Virus record (IMG/VR): IMGVR_UViG_3300044676_007137
Span: 1 to 27,163 of that record
Reading direction: 5' to 3' (one strand)
Source: a virus
Taxonomy: Duplodnaviria; Caudoviricetes
Length of the DNA: 27,163 bases
Part shown: positions 1 through 9,564 of the stretch, piece by piece
Layout: each line of letters opens with the position of its first letter
Position numbering within the stretch: position 1 is the first letter of the stretch
Translations under genes and position numbers: made by a program
Notes under the pieces: generated by a model
What the model was told of the DNA's origin: nothing
The model's input: the letters and a program-made list of their open reading frames with translations, nothing else
Databases searched by the model: none

Positions 1-3000
1 CTTTTATATCTACCATTACCAAAGTTGTTTCCTATATCTTCATCTGCGTTGCTATCAGGATATATGTCTCTTGTGTAGAGAGTAGTTCCTGCATAGTTTG
101 TTGTGTAAAGATTTATAGTTTGACCTGATTGACCTATGTAATCAACAAATCTACCACCTGAGCTAGCAGATAAAGTAACACTTCCTCTTAATCCACCAGG
201 ATAAAGAGCTTGTACTGCTGAAGAAGAACTTACATGAGTACCATGACTAACTGCTGCATAATCACTATCGTGGTCGTGATTACCTGCAGCAACTCTAGTT
301 CCTGTAGTTCCAAAGTTTAATGTTATGTTTCTACCACTAATACTTAAAGCATCTGTTGAACCACTAACAGTATCTACATATTCTCCATCGTGATTATGAC
401 CTGTATTTTCTTTAGCACCAAGTAGGGTGTTCATAATGCTTTTTGTATAATACTGATCATCATGATCAGAATCAGCGTGAGTAATAGTTACATCTCCTGT
501 ACCTGCACCTGTAAGAGAAAGTTCTCCTGAAGCAGTTATAGAAGTAACTCCACCTGTTACAGATGAACTTGAATAATCTAATTTACCCTGAGAATCTACT
601 ATTAAATATTTATTACTATCTGCTACTCCACCAATTCTTATTTCTGGTTGTCCTGTACCTGCTGCGCCACTAGAAAAATTAATTCCATCAGAACCTACAG
701 CAGCAAGATTAAGATTTCCATAAGCTAAAATTTGCATATTATTAGATGCAGTAGCTCCTGTTCTAAGCTGTAAAAGAGATGATGATTGAGATAATGCACC
801 AACATCAGTACCTGATGAATTAAAAAGTCTTACTTCTGGTGCAAAAGCAGAAGATATTTCTACTCTTTGACCAGACGAAGCAGTTCTAAATTTACCACTA
901 CCTGAAAGTGTTAGGTTGTCAGTTAAAGAAGAGCTAGCATTCATGTTTACTGCAGAAGTTGTAGAAGTAGGTACGATAGCAACGCCACTAACAAATCCTG
1001 CATTTGCAGTAATTGTACCTGTAACTTCAAGGCTTCCTGATATTTGTACAGCTCCTGAAGTTGTTATAGCTAAGTTACCATTTGCTAATGCAGATATTTC
1101 TACATAATCATCTAAATCAGTTGAGTTTAGAGGACTAAAATTAAGTTGATTTGTTGTGATAGAGTTAGCTGTTATTTTATCTCCATCAATACTTCCATCA
1201 GAAGTTAAAGCATTTACATTTAGTGTTCCTGCAGTTATATCAGAAGCATTTAAAGTACCTCTAATAGTTGCGTTTTGAAACTCTGCTGTTCCATCTGAAT
1301 TAATACTAAAACCTGCAGAACCTGTTGAGTAGTTATAAGATTTTATAAACCCTGAAGTATTTGAAACACCACCAACAGTTATCTCTCCACCTGTAATAGT
1401 CCCTGATGTTATCTTATCTGCTGATAAGTCATTTATCTTTGCAGTAGTAATTGTTGCATCTGCAATAAGAGCGTTTGTTATTTGAGCTTCCCCAATTTTA
1501 GCTGTAGTGATAGTTGCGTCTGTTATGTTAGATTCAGCAATTAAGTTAGCTGTTGCAGTTTGCCCATCAGAAGGATCGGACTCATTACCTGATTTATCAA
1601 CAGCTACTATTCTAAAGTATTGGTCTGTTGAATCCTCCAACTCAATTGTTCCTATAACAGGAATTTGTTGAAGTAGGTTTCCTGAAGTGACTCTGATCTC
1701 TCCAATTTTATTTGCGGTATTTGTAGTAAAGTTTTGTACATTGCCTGTTTGTGTAACAGCGTGAATGTCTAAGTGGTCAACATCTCCCTCTATTGTAAAG
1801 TTTCCATAAGGGTTCCCACCACTGTCTGTTCCATCTTTTCCTAAATAATGTGTTACCTGGACACGCAATGGACCTGCTGCAATAGTTGCAATTTTAGGTT
1901 TAGAAGGTGCTTGACCATCTTTTTCTATTTCAATTCTTGCGTTAGTGGCATAGCTAGGGTTAACACTTGGTGTATTAGTATATAAATCTTCCCCTGATCC
2001 ATCATAGGTAGACATTTTCTTGAATCCTGATTTATCAATTGCAGCAACACCTACATCGTATGTAACTCCTACTGTTAAATCTTGTATTAATAAGCTCTCT
2101 GAACTTACACCTGTAAATGGAAAGTTTTGATAAGAATATTGTGCATCAGTTGTTTTTTTATACCTTATTCTATAATGACTACCATCAGTTATCTGAGATC
2201 CATCGACATTAGTAGGTTTTGCCACTGTTACACGAATAAATCCTATTGAATCTCCTGTTGCGTTCAGATATGTGCCTGATTGAAGCGTAGGAGTGCTTGG
2301 TAGGTCAGGAATAGAGAATACGCCAGCAGTTACCCTATTTAAAGAAAACTCATCAAATCGTAGGTCATCGCCAATAAATCTAATAACATCGCCAAGTTCT
2401 ACTTGTGCTGCTCCAGATTCAAATTGTACATATTGAGTTAGGTCTGTGTAGTTTCCATCTTTATCTCTAAAGTAAACACCCATACCATTTGCTATTGGGA
2501 AAGTTAATCCTACAACTCTTACTTTTACAGGAGTGATGATTTGTCCTCTAAAAGTAACTTCATATAAATCTCTTGATTCTGCAGTAGCGTCAACTGAACT
2601 ATCTATAAATCCAATATCTGGATCAAAGGCAAATATAAAGTCTCCAACCTGCATATCTCCAGAAACTTCGTATTGCTCTAAATCTAAGTTCAAAACTTTT
2701 TTAACTCTAGATAACTCATTTAACATAAGTTGTGCTCTTGAATTTAACTGATCTGTAGGAATTTCGGGTTGTTGGACTAATCCACTTCTACTTAATGCGT
2801 TTCCATGTAAGTCTTTATAAGGATTAGAAGCTATATTTGCTTCTCCAGCTACATCAGTTGCTGAGTCAAAATACCCAACTTCTCCAACGAAGTCTACTCG
2901 TGAAACCCAATCAGTTGCATCAAACTCTGTTCTTAGTCCTTGAGGTACTACGCCATCAAAGTTTGGATCTTCTCCATATCCTGTTTTAACAACAATTGTT

Positions 3001-3599
3001 GAGGGATTGGAATTTACTCCAACGAATAAGTTAGCTGCAGGACCTGCGTCAATAGTTCCATTTGCATTAACTCTATACTCTATGCTGAAAAACTCAGCGA
3101 CTTCTTTTAATGCAGATAAAGCTGTTTGTACAAAGTGTTGACCAATATAAGTACCACTTGGCTCATAAATAACACCCTGGGTTATAGCTTGAGAATTACC
3201 TAATTCGTTTCTTAAGATTCCATAAGGTTTTCCTGAACTCACTGAAGAGTTGAAAAGAGTCTCAGCCAATGTGGTATTTGTATAAACTCTTACTTTTCCA
3301 ACATTTTTAGATTCAGCAATGACCATACCTTTAGACTGACCATCTCCTAAGTAAAGTTGTAAGCCTTGTCCTGAGATATCAACTACACCTTCTTCTAAGG
3401 ATCTGTTTAAAACTATACCTGTATATCTAGAAGTAGAAAGAACATCTGCGTCTGAGAGAGTATTAACATCTACTTCTTGAGGAGTTATGACAATATGTCC
3501 CCACTCTTTTATGGATTCAATTATTTCAGTAGGTGTGAATTCTTGCGAGAAGGATACTGTAAAGTTACCAACACCCATGTGTCTTTCTGTAACTGCCAT
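1..3599 (-). CDS. Tail tip / central tail fibre (host-specificity) protein, >1199 aa, truncated by the window edge
   Basis: Absent from the ORF track because no stop lies in the window. The ATG at 3599 overlaps the upstream stop (TAATG). My translation is open to base 3: MAVTERHMGVGNF...GNGRYK. It has a Tal-like N-terminus, two FN3-like segments (YRIRYKK...YDVGVAAIDKSG; YFRIVAVDKSGNESDPS), DATITTAKI repeats, FSINSDGTAEFQNATIRG, and HxHD-type motifs (GHNHDGEY, GNHDHDSDY). Position after TMP/Dit fits. Confidence 0.85.
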   Translation of the reverse strand, partial: MAVTERHMGVGNFTVSFSQEFTPTEIIESIKEWGHIVITPQEVDVNTLSDADVLSTSRYTGIVLNRSLEEGVVDISGQGLQLYLGDGQSKGMVIAESKNVGKVRVYTNTTLAETLFNSSVSSGKPYGILRNELGNSQAITQGVIYEPSGTYIGQHFVQTALSALKEVAEFFSIEYRVNANGTIDAGPAANLFVGVNSNPSTIVVKTGYGEDPNFDGVVPQGLRTEFDATDWVSRVDFVGEVGYFDSATDVAGEANIASNPYKDLHGNALSRSGLVQQPEIPTDQLNSRAQLMLNELSRVKKVLNLDLEQYEVSGDMQVGDFIFAFDPDIGFIDSSVDATAESRDLYEVTFRGQIITPVKVRVVGLTFPIANGMGVYFRDKDGNYTDLTQYVQFESGAAQVELGDVIRFIGDDLRFDEFSLNRVTAGVFSIPDLPSTPTLQSGTYLNATGDSIGFIRVTVAKPTNVDGSQITDGSHYRIRYKKTTDAQYSYQNFPFTGVSSESLLIQDLTVGVTYDVGVAAIDKSGFKKMSTYDGSGEDLYTNTPSVNPSYATNARIEIEKDGQAPSKPKIATIAAGPLRVQVTHYLGKDGTDSGGNPYGNFTIEGDVDHLDIHAVTQTGNVQNFTTNTANKIGEIRVTSGNLLQQIPVIGTIELEDSTDQYFRIVAVDKSGNESDPSDGQTATANLIAESNITDATITTAKIGEAQITNALIADATITTAKINDLSADKITSGTITGGEITVGGVSNTSGFIKSYNYSTGSAGFSINSDGTAEFQNATIRGTLNASDITAGTLNVNALTSDGSIDGDKITANSITTNQLNFSPLNSTDLDDYVEISALANGNLAITTSGAVQISGSLEVTGTITANAGFVSGVAIVPTSTTSAVNMNASSSLTDNLTLSGSGKFRTASSGQRVEISSAFAPEVRLFNSSGTDVGALSQSSSLLQLRTGATASNNMQILAYGNLNLAAVGSDGINFSSGAAGTGQPEIRIGGVADSNKYLIVDSQGKLDYSSSSVTGGVTSITASGELSLTGAGTGDVTITHADSDHDDQYYTKSIMNTLLGAKENTGHNHDGEYVDTVSGSTDALSISGRNITLNFGTTGTRVAAGNHDHDSDYAAVSHGTHVSSSSAVQALYPGGLRGSVTLSASSGGRFVDYIGQSGQTINLYTTNYAGTTLYTRDIYPDSNADEDIGNNFGNGRYK

Positions 3600-4870
3600 T
3601 ATGCTCTCACTAAACGAATATTTTCGTACAAACTTTCTAGGTATTGGTCTCTTACTGCATTTGCAGTGTCATGGTTCTCAGGGGCAGTAGCGTTATAAAC
3701 ATAACCTAAAAAGCATTTAAACTGTGAAGTCGATAAATGTATCAACCTATTAGTTGTATCTGCTGTATATCCCTGAGGACTCCCAATCATAAATTTTTGT
3801 CCTGCTGCGTCTGTACTACTTTCAATCATATATCCTGTACTATCTGCAACAGTATTCGCGGTAACTAACTTAAGGTTTTTTCTTGTATCTGCTGTTCTAT
3901 CGGAAGTTCCACCTTCGGAGATTACCATAGAGACATGATGAGCACCTCTCTTCAAACCTAAGTCAACTGTAAGTCTTCCATCTCCAAAAGTGTCATCTGA
4001 ATAAGAAGTAAATCTAACGACAACTTCTTGTGGCTCGTTTCTTAAAATCTGTACTGTTTGCCATACATTCCATTCAGTTTCTGAGATACCTGAAGATATT
4101 GCAATTTCTCTATCGCTTACATAGACACCATTGTCATAGAAAGATAGTGTAAATCTAGATTGATCTGTTGTGCTTCCTGAAGTGATTTTTATTATACCAT
4201 TAGAAAGTTCAACACCTGTTGGTAGGTTTCTTGTCAAGTATCCTGATTTTAGAGTGCTATCTATTTTTACTCTAGCTGCACCTTTATAATAATCCACAGG
4301 ATTTATTATCCAATTAGAAGAATAGGTTCTTAAATCTGCATCATAAAAGAAGGACAAGTTACCATCTTCTGTTGACCTTGTTGCTCCCACAGGTCTTGAA
4401 TCATTTTTATAATTATAAGTATTTACAGGTACAGCATGCCAAGGTGCATAGGTTGTACTAGCTGTTGTAATGGAGTGTGAATTTTGAATTAGAGCACCTG
4501 ACATATTTGATTCGAACATCATTTCAGATGGTCTACCTTTCATTTCGAATCCTATTTGATAAGAAAAATAACCTGTTGCAAGTTTTACAGGAGATACATC
4601 CATAGAAGTAATCTTTCCAAATCCTTCCATAGTTGTATCCCCCTCATAAGTAATAGGTAGTAATAAGTCCGAATTACCCATTGAGATTAATTCGTCTCTT
4701 AATTTTTTTGAGCTATCTATGTAGGCTTGACCTGAACCTGTACCACATAAAGTTCCATTAAAGCTAAAGCTTCGATCTAATGAATTTCTTTGTCCTGTTT
4801 GTATAGAACTTTCTCTGATACTGCTTGGAGAAGTAAATGTAATTCTCCCTATGGTCATTGTATTAGCCAT
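3599..4870 (-). CDS. Minor tail protein, probable distal tail (Dit-like) protein, 423 aa
   Basis: Synteny between tape measure and tail tip gene; beta-rich Ser/Thr/Gly composition; coupled to the downstream gene. Confidence 0.6.
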   Translation of the reverse strand: MANTMTIGRITFTSPSSIRESSIQTGQRNSLDRSFSFNGTLCGTGSGQAYIDSSKKLRDELISMGNSDLLLPITYEGDTTMEGFGKITSMDVSPVKLATGYFSYQIGFEMKGRPSEMMFESNMSGALIQNSHSITTASTTYAPWHAVPVNTYNYKNDSRPVGATRSTEDGNLSFFYDADLRTYSSNWIINPVDYYKGAARVKIDSTLKSGYLTRNLPTGVELSNGIIKITSGSTTDQSRFTLSFYDNGVYVSDREIAISSGISETEWNVWQTVQILRNEPQEVVVRFTSYSDDTFGDGRLTVDLGLKRGAHHVSMVISEGGTSDRTADTRKNLKLVTANTVADSTGYMIESSTDAAGQKFMIGSPQGYTADTTNRLIHLSTSQFKCFLGYVYNATAPENHDTANAVRDQYLESLYENIRLVRA

Positions 4871-5021
4871 CTAATTTCCTTTTTATCCAAGTAACAATTT
4901 CAACTTGTACTTCTCTTGGGTATGGAGCAAGCATAAGGTTTATATCTTCTCCTTGTTTCATTCTTCCTAAAATACCTCTTTTTAGGCTTCTCATATTTTG
5001 TGGTTTTTTAGTAAAACCCAT
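4863..5021 (-). CDS. Small basic hypothetical protein, 52 aa (MGFTKKPQNMRSLKRGILGR...WIKRKLDG)
   Basis: Translated by hand. Start overlaps the previous stop (TAATG) and its own stop overlaps the start of the 4870 gene. Confidence 0.65.
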   Translation of the reverse strand: MGFTKKPQNMRSLKRGILGRMKQGEDINLMLAPYPREVQVEIVTWIKRKLDG

Positions 5022-5143
5022 TAGCACATCTCCCTATTTCTACACTGTTCACAATATCTATATTTTGGACTATAAAAATAATTTCCACATTTATAATCAG
5101 ACTTACAAGGTTTTAATATCTCATCTTGTTTGTTAGATATCAT
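5021..5143 (-). CDS. Cys-rich microprotein, putative zinc finger, 40 aa (MISNKQDEILKPCKSDYKCGNYFYSPKYRYCEQCRNREMC)
   Basis: Translated by hand. ATGA overlap upstream, TAATG overlap downstream, GGAAAGAGGAAG purine tract before the start; C-x5-C...CxxC pattern. Confidence 0.65.
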   Translation of the reverse strand: MISNKQDEILKPCKSDYKCGNYFYSPKYRYCEQCRNREMC

Positions 5144-5220
5144 TCTTCCTCTTTCCATTCTACATACTCATTATCGTGGGTAGCTTTGTGGGCGTGAAAA
5201 TTAGCATGTGAATAAAGCAT
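5140..5220 (-). CDS. His-rich microprotein, 26 aa (MLYSHANFHAHKATHDNEYVEWKEEE)
   Basis: Translated by hand. Start overlaps the stop of the 133-aa gene (TAATG) and its stop overlaps the next ATG (ATGA). Confidence 0.5.
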   Translation of the reverse strand: MLYSHANFHAHKATHDNEYVEWKEEE

Positions 5221-5621
5221 TATCTGTTCGCCTCCAACCAACTAATTCTGTCTTTTAGTTCTCTAATTTGTTGTATGTCTTGCTCTTGGTCCATAAGTTG
5301 TGTTTCAAGACGCATAACTTGTTTTTTCATATCATCCCATTCCCATTTTTCAATTTGAACATATTGGTTAGTATCACTAGCTATTTCTAATTTCTGCACT
5401 TTTTCAAACAGAACAGCTATATCGCCTTGTACGAATGTACTTTCTTTTAGCATTTCAAAATCTACTTCTACTTGATTCATTCTGTCATCAATATTTTGTA
5501 GTGTATTAACTATGTCTCCAGCAGTAGATAGACCTGCACCAACAGAACCCATAAGAGCTATAGCTGTAGCTATTAAACCTAGATTATCTTTTATTTTATC
5601 GAACAACGCCTGACCTTCCAT
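5220..5621 (-). CDS. Membrane-anchored coiled-coil protein, 133 aa
   Basis: N-terminal hydrophobic helix (LGLIATAIALMGSVGAGL) followed by heptad-rich helices; overlaps the TMP 3' end by 26 nt. Confidence 0.7.
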   Translation of the reverse strand: MEGQALFDKIKDNLGLIATAIALMGSVGAGLSTAGDIVNTLQNIDDRMNQVEVDFEMLKESTFVQGDIAVLFEKVQKLEIASDTNQYVQIEKWEWDDMKKQVMRLETQLMDQEQDIQQIRELKDRISWLEANR

Positions 5622-8600
5622 CTCCCTTAAGCTTATTTAATTCTTTTTGTATTAGTTGTGCTGTCCTTCTTGCGGAGATTGGATCAGAAGGAAGACCTGT
5701 TACATTAAGTGTAACATTATTTACAGTGTCTCCTCTACTTGAACCCATAGGAGTAATCTGACCACCGCCACCTGGAAAAGCTTTCATCATTTCTGGACCA
5801 TATTCTCCTACAACATAGTTCTGTCCTGGTTTGAAGTTACCGCCCATGTGCCTAAAAGTAGGATTCATACCTGCATAATTTTGACCATACTTTTTCCAAG
5901 TGTCTACTAAATTTTGTGCTTGAGTACCTGTAGTTGAATTACCTGTGTCATAACCTAAAAGTTTCATAAGTTCGGGGACATTAGCAAGTAATTTATCTAG
6001 ATAGCTTTGCCCCATTGGTCCAGACTCTACTCTTACATGATTCATTAAGGTCATAAGACCATCAATTTGACTCATGTTCATACCAAGCAATTCAGCAGTC
6101 ATTCTTAATTCATCTTCTTTTAGAGTGTTGTAATCTGCTTGGGCTTGTATCATATCAAGTTGATTGCCAACAAGATCTCTTTGTAGTTCGTGAATGTCTT
6201 GATGTGTATCTAGTATTTCATTAGGGATTTCTGCGAGTCGTTCCCCTATTTCTATTCTTCTTAATTCAATTTCTTCTATAGCTTCTAACCTTCGCTCTTC
6301 AGCTGATTGAGCAATTTCCGAAGCTTTTTTACGCTTTTCATCAGCGTCTTTTTGAGTTAGTGCTTTATCATCAATCGCATCTATTTGATCTTGAATAAAC
6401 TGTCGTTCTTTTTCAGGGAACTCTAAAGAGCCTTGGGATATAGCAGCGTTAACTTGAGCTAATTCTTTTTTGAGTTTTTCTTTCTTCAAGAAGTCATTAG
6501 CAGAAAGGGCATTTCCTTCTCTTATCTTTTGTTCTATTTCAAGAGCTTCATTGTTTAATTCTTGTATCTCTAACTTTTCTTCTTCAGTTTCGAGATTGGC
6601 AGTAGCTAAGTCTTGCAATTCTTGTTGAAGGGTTAAATCGTCTGCAGTAAGTTTTTTCTGTTCTTTGTGTAAATCAGCATGTTCTTTATGTGCTTTAGCT
6701 AAGTCTCTTTCATTCTTTTGTAGTTCAAATTGTTCTTTAATTGGATTGAATAACTTATCAATTTTTGTTCGGAAGTCATTTGATATTCTTAATAAAGCAT
6801 CTAAATTTGTTTCTGTTCCTTCGAATTCTTCATTTAAGTCTTCTGCAACTTCTACAACATCTCCAAGAATATCTTTAAATTTTTGAATACCATTAGGTCC
6901 ACTAGCTAATTTTCTAGCAAGTTCTAATCGACCTTCTTCTGTTTTCATAAGGCTTAAAGTTTTACGATCTATTCTTGCGGTATGTTTAAAATGTTCATTC
7001 AATGCTCCTGAAATCATTTCATCACGAGCTGCCTTTTCATTTTCTACACCTTGGAATATAGAAAACTGAACTTTTAGAATCTCCATTAGTTCTGCTCTTT
7101 GCTCTTTAGATTTTTTAGTTGAACTCCCAAGAGCTGATTTATACTGCTCAAGAGTTTCAAGAACAGGAGCAAGTTGTTGTTCTAATCCTGCGTCTTTAAT
7201 CATTCCAATCATTTTTGTAACTTCGCCAATGTCTAGGTCTTCTCTAGCGAAGAACCCTTCATCTAAATCAACAACATCTGCGAATAGTGTATTAAATGCT
7301 TTCGGTAATCCATCAGCACTACTAACTATTGCATTAAACACATCTTCTCCAAGCATTCCTTTTTTGACACCTTGTTCAACTGCTTCTTTTGTTGCTTCAG
7401 GTAAGTTAGCTAAGAAATCTGTCCATTGATCTTTTGTTATAGGTTCTGCTTGAAAACCTTTTGTTAAGTCAACTTTAAGCGAATTAATAATTTCATCAAC
7501 AGCTCCAGAAACTTCTTCTGCATCTTTGATATCGTCTCGATAACTTTTAACAGCTTTTCCTATTAGTGCTAATGCACCTATGACAAGACCTGCAACTCCT
7601 GTAAATTTAAGAGCTACCATCATAATTTTTCCAAACACAGCAGCAAAACCTGAAGCAGCTACAGCTGATTTAGCAAATAGTGCCGACAATAAACCAAGAA
7701 CTCCTACAGTACCCGCTAACAAAATAGGCATCTCTCTAAACATTTCAGCCATTGCTTGAAGAATTGCAACGAAACCAATTACTGCATCTAATACAATCTT
7801 AAGAGCAGGTAAGAATATTTCTCCAAAAGTTATCGCAGCTGCATTAAGAGCAGATTTGATCTGTGTTATTTTCATAGAAGCAGTTTCGAATTTTTGTGCT
7901 GCCTCATCGTTCAAAGCATTTTGAGTTATAGCTTGTTCATTAGCCCTCTTCCTTGCTTCGGTTAAACCTTCTTCGTTGTTCGCTAAAGAAAGTAAAGCTC
8001 TTTGTACACGAATAGTTCCTAATCCTAAGTCTTCTAAAGTTGCTGTTGTAGATCTTCCCTCTTCATTCATAGAGTTAAGACCACCTAAGAATATTTGTGC
8101 TGCTTCTCCTATATCAGTTTCTATCAATCTCCTAAACTCATTTATGTCCATTCCCGCTGTTTCAGCAAAAACTGACATTTCTTTTCCACCAAGTTTTGCT
8201 GCGTCAGAGAGGTTTAAGAATAATTTACCGAGAGCAGTAGCACCTGCCTGGGATTGCTGACCTGTCTCTCTCATTGCTGCTGAGAAAGCAAGTATCTCTT
8301 CTGTGCTTAAGCCAACTAGGTTACCTGTCGCACCAAAGTTTTGTGCAAGAAGAATTATCTCTCCTTCTGTTGCTGCTGTACTGTTTCCTAGTTCAACAAG
8401 TACTGCTGCATATTTACCAATAGCATCTGTTTGTTCATTGGTAACATTAAGAAATCTTGCCATTGAGGTTGCTGCTTGTTCTGCAGACATATTTGTAGCT
8501 GTACCTAATTTGGCGACAACTTCTGTAAAACTAGAGATATCATCTGCTCCGATACCTAACTGTCCACCAACTGCTGCAATTCCTGCAAGTTCCCCTGCCA

Positions 8601-8913
8601 TGATTGGTATTTCTGTTGCTAGACGAAGAATGTCATCTGATATATTTTTAAAGACCTGCGGATCCTGAACATCGTTCATGGTCTTTTTTACATTTGCGAA
8701 TTCATTTTCGAATTTGACTGCAGCTGCTGCACCACCAGCCATTGCTAAAGCAAGACCAGCTAAAGTAGCCATTGCTGCAGTACCTGCTGCTGCGTTTAAA
8801 CCTCCAACGAATTTGGATATTGTTTTAGAGGCGTTTGTACCAAATGCAGATAGTTGAGATTGAGCTTGTTTTAAAGAAGCTTTCGCTGCAACTAATATAC
8901 TAAAGTCAGCCAT
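5596..8913 (-). CDS. Tail tape measure protein, 1105 aa
   Basis: TP901-type core (FENEFANVKKT...ELAGIAAVGGQLGI...ELGNSTAATEGEI), Ala-rich helices, central hydrophobic segments, long coiled coil, C-terminal GG..PG..YVVGEYGPE motif; follows the tail chaperones. Confidence 0.95.
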   Translation of the reverse strand: MADFSILVAAKASLKQAQSQLSAFGTNASKTISKFVGGLNAAAGTAAMATLAGLALAMAGGAAAAVKFENEFANVKKTMNDVQDPQVFKNISDDILRLATEIPIMAGELAGIAAVGGQLGIGADDISSFTEVVAKLGTATNMSAEQAATSMARFLNVTNEQTDAIGKYAAVLVELGNSTAATEGEIILLAQNFGATGNLVGLSTEEILAFSAAMRETGQQSQAGATALGKLFLNLSDAAKLGGKEMSVFAETAGMDINEFRRLIETDIGEAAQIFLGGLNSMNEEGRSTTATLEDLGLGTIRVQRALLSLANNEEGLTEARKRANEQAITQNALNDEAAQKFETASMKITQIKSALNAAAITFGEIFLPALKIVLDAVIGFVAILQAMAEMFREMPILLAGTVGVLGLLSALFAKSAVAASGFAAVFGKIMMVALKFTGVAGLVIGALALIGKAVKSYRDDIKDAEEVSGAVDEIINSLKVDLTKGFQAEPITKDQWTDFLANLPEATKEAVEQGVKKGMLGEDVFNAIVSSADGLPKAFNTLFADVVDLDEGFFAREDLDIGEVTKMIGMIKDAGLEQQLAPVLETLEQYKSALGSSTKKSKEQRAELMEILKVQFSIFQGVENEKAARDEMISGALNEHFKHTARIDRKTLSLMKTEEGRLELARKLASGPNGIQKFKDILGDVVEVAEDLNEEFEGTETNLDALLRISNDFRTKIDKLFNPIKEQFELQKNERDLAKAHKEHADLHKEQKKLTADDLTLQQELQDLATANLETEEEKLEIQELNNEALEIEQKIREGNALSANDFLKKEKLKKELAQVNAAISQGSLEFPEKERQFIQDQIDAIDDKALTQKDADEKRKKASEIAQSAEERRLEAIEEIELRRIEIGERLAEIPNEILDTHQDIHELQRDLVGNQLDMIQAQADYNTLKEDELRMTAELLGMNMSQIDGLMTLMNHVRVESGPMGQSYLDKLLANVPELMKLLGYDTGNSTTGTQAQNLVDTWKKYGQNYAGMNPTFRHMGGNFKPGQNYVVGEYGPEMMKAFPGGGGQITPMGSSRGDTVNNVTLNVTGLPSDPISARRTAQLIQKELNKLKGDGRSGVVR

Positions 8914-8916
8914 CGG

Positions 8917-9191
8917 TTATACTCCTAAATCATTCATTGCGACATCAAGAGAAACTTTTGTTTTTTGTTTATTTTTTGTAAAATCGGATTCTTTTTCATT
9001 TCTCATTTTCATTTCTTCATACATTTCTGCATGGTAAGGGGCATAAAAAGCTGATTCTTGAGAAACTAAAGAAAAAAGTAATACCTTGAATTTTCTCCAC
9101 GATATGGACAATGGGTCTAACTTGTAGAAGCGATGGAAGTCCGACTCTACTGACGAAAATCTTTCTAAGACATCGTTAGTAGAGATACTTA
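8917..9191 (-). CDS. Tail assembly chaperone frameshift extension (gpGT / Gp15-like C-terminal part)
   Basis: The -1 frame is open from the slippery site through the tracked ORF 8917..9111: ISISTNDVLERFSSVESDFHRFYKLDPLSISWRKFKVLLFSL...; the DFxRFY...W..F..L pattern resembles Gp15-type chaperones. Confidence 0.8.
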
Positions 9192-9539
9192 TTTTGGGCT
9201 ATCAGGATCCTCATCGTCTGCTTCTCCACCAACCGCATTCGGGTCAGGGATAACAGCATATTGGACTAATAACCAATTAAGTAGCTCTTCCAATTGTTTC
9301 CAAGAGACTTTATTCTCCATCATATCCTGTAGAATTTCTGCTCCGAGGAGCTCTTCTAAGAATTTACCTATTTGTTTTGGATCAGGCTCGCCTGCATCGT
9401 TTAATATTGCAAGCTGACCTAAAACCACACTAGCTGGTAGCTGTCCAGGAATACTATATTTCTTTCCAGCTACCTTAAACTCTAGCTTTTTTTCAACCAG
9501 CTCTTCATAAGCCTTATCGAAATCCATAAAATCTGACAT
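9189..9539 (-). CDS. Tail assembly chaperone (gpG-like), 116 aa
   Basis: Acidic protein between major tail protein and TMP; AGGAG RBS; terminal slippery site. Confidence 0.85.
   Translation of the reverse strand: MSDFMDFDKAYEELVEKKLEFKVAGKKYSIPGQLPASVVLGQLAILNDAGEPDPKQIGKFLEELLGAEILQDMMENKVSWKQLEELLNWLLVQYAVIPDPNAVGGEADDEDPDSPK
9192..9198 (-). promoter_or_regulatory. Programmed -1 ribosomal frameshift heptamer C CCA AAA
   Basis: X XXY YYZ heptamer in the correct phase, immediately before the TAA of the chaperone gene; the -1 frame stays open to 8917. Confidence 0.85.
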
Positions 9540-9564
9540 AACTCTCCTATCTTAGAAACTGTAA

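Noticed and set aside
916-3698. Plus-strand ORFs 916..1107, 2533..2751, 3477..3698 and 3487..3690
   Set aside because: Antisense shadows of the long minus-strand tail genes; no RBS or protein-like motifs.
6665-8668. Plus-strand ORFs inside the tape measure gene
   Set aside because: Ser/Phe/Ala-rich antisense shadows caused by codon bias.
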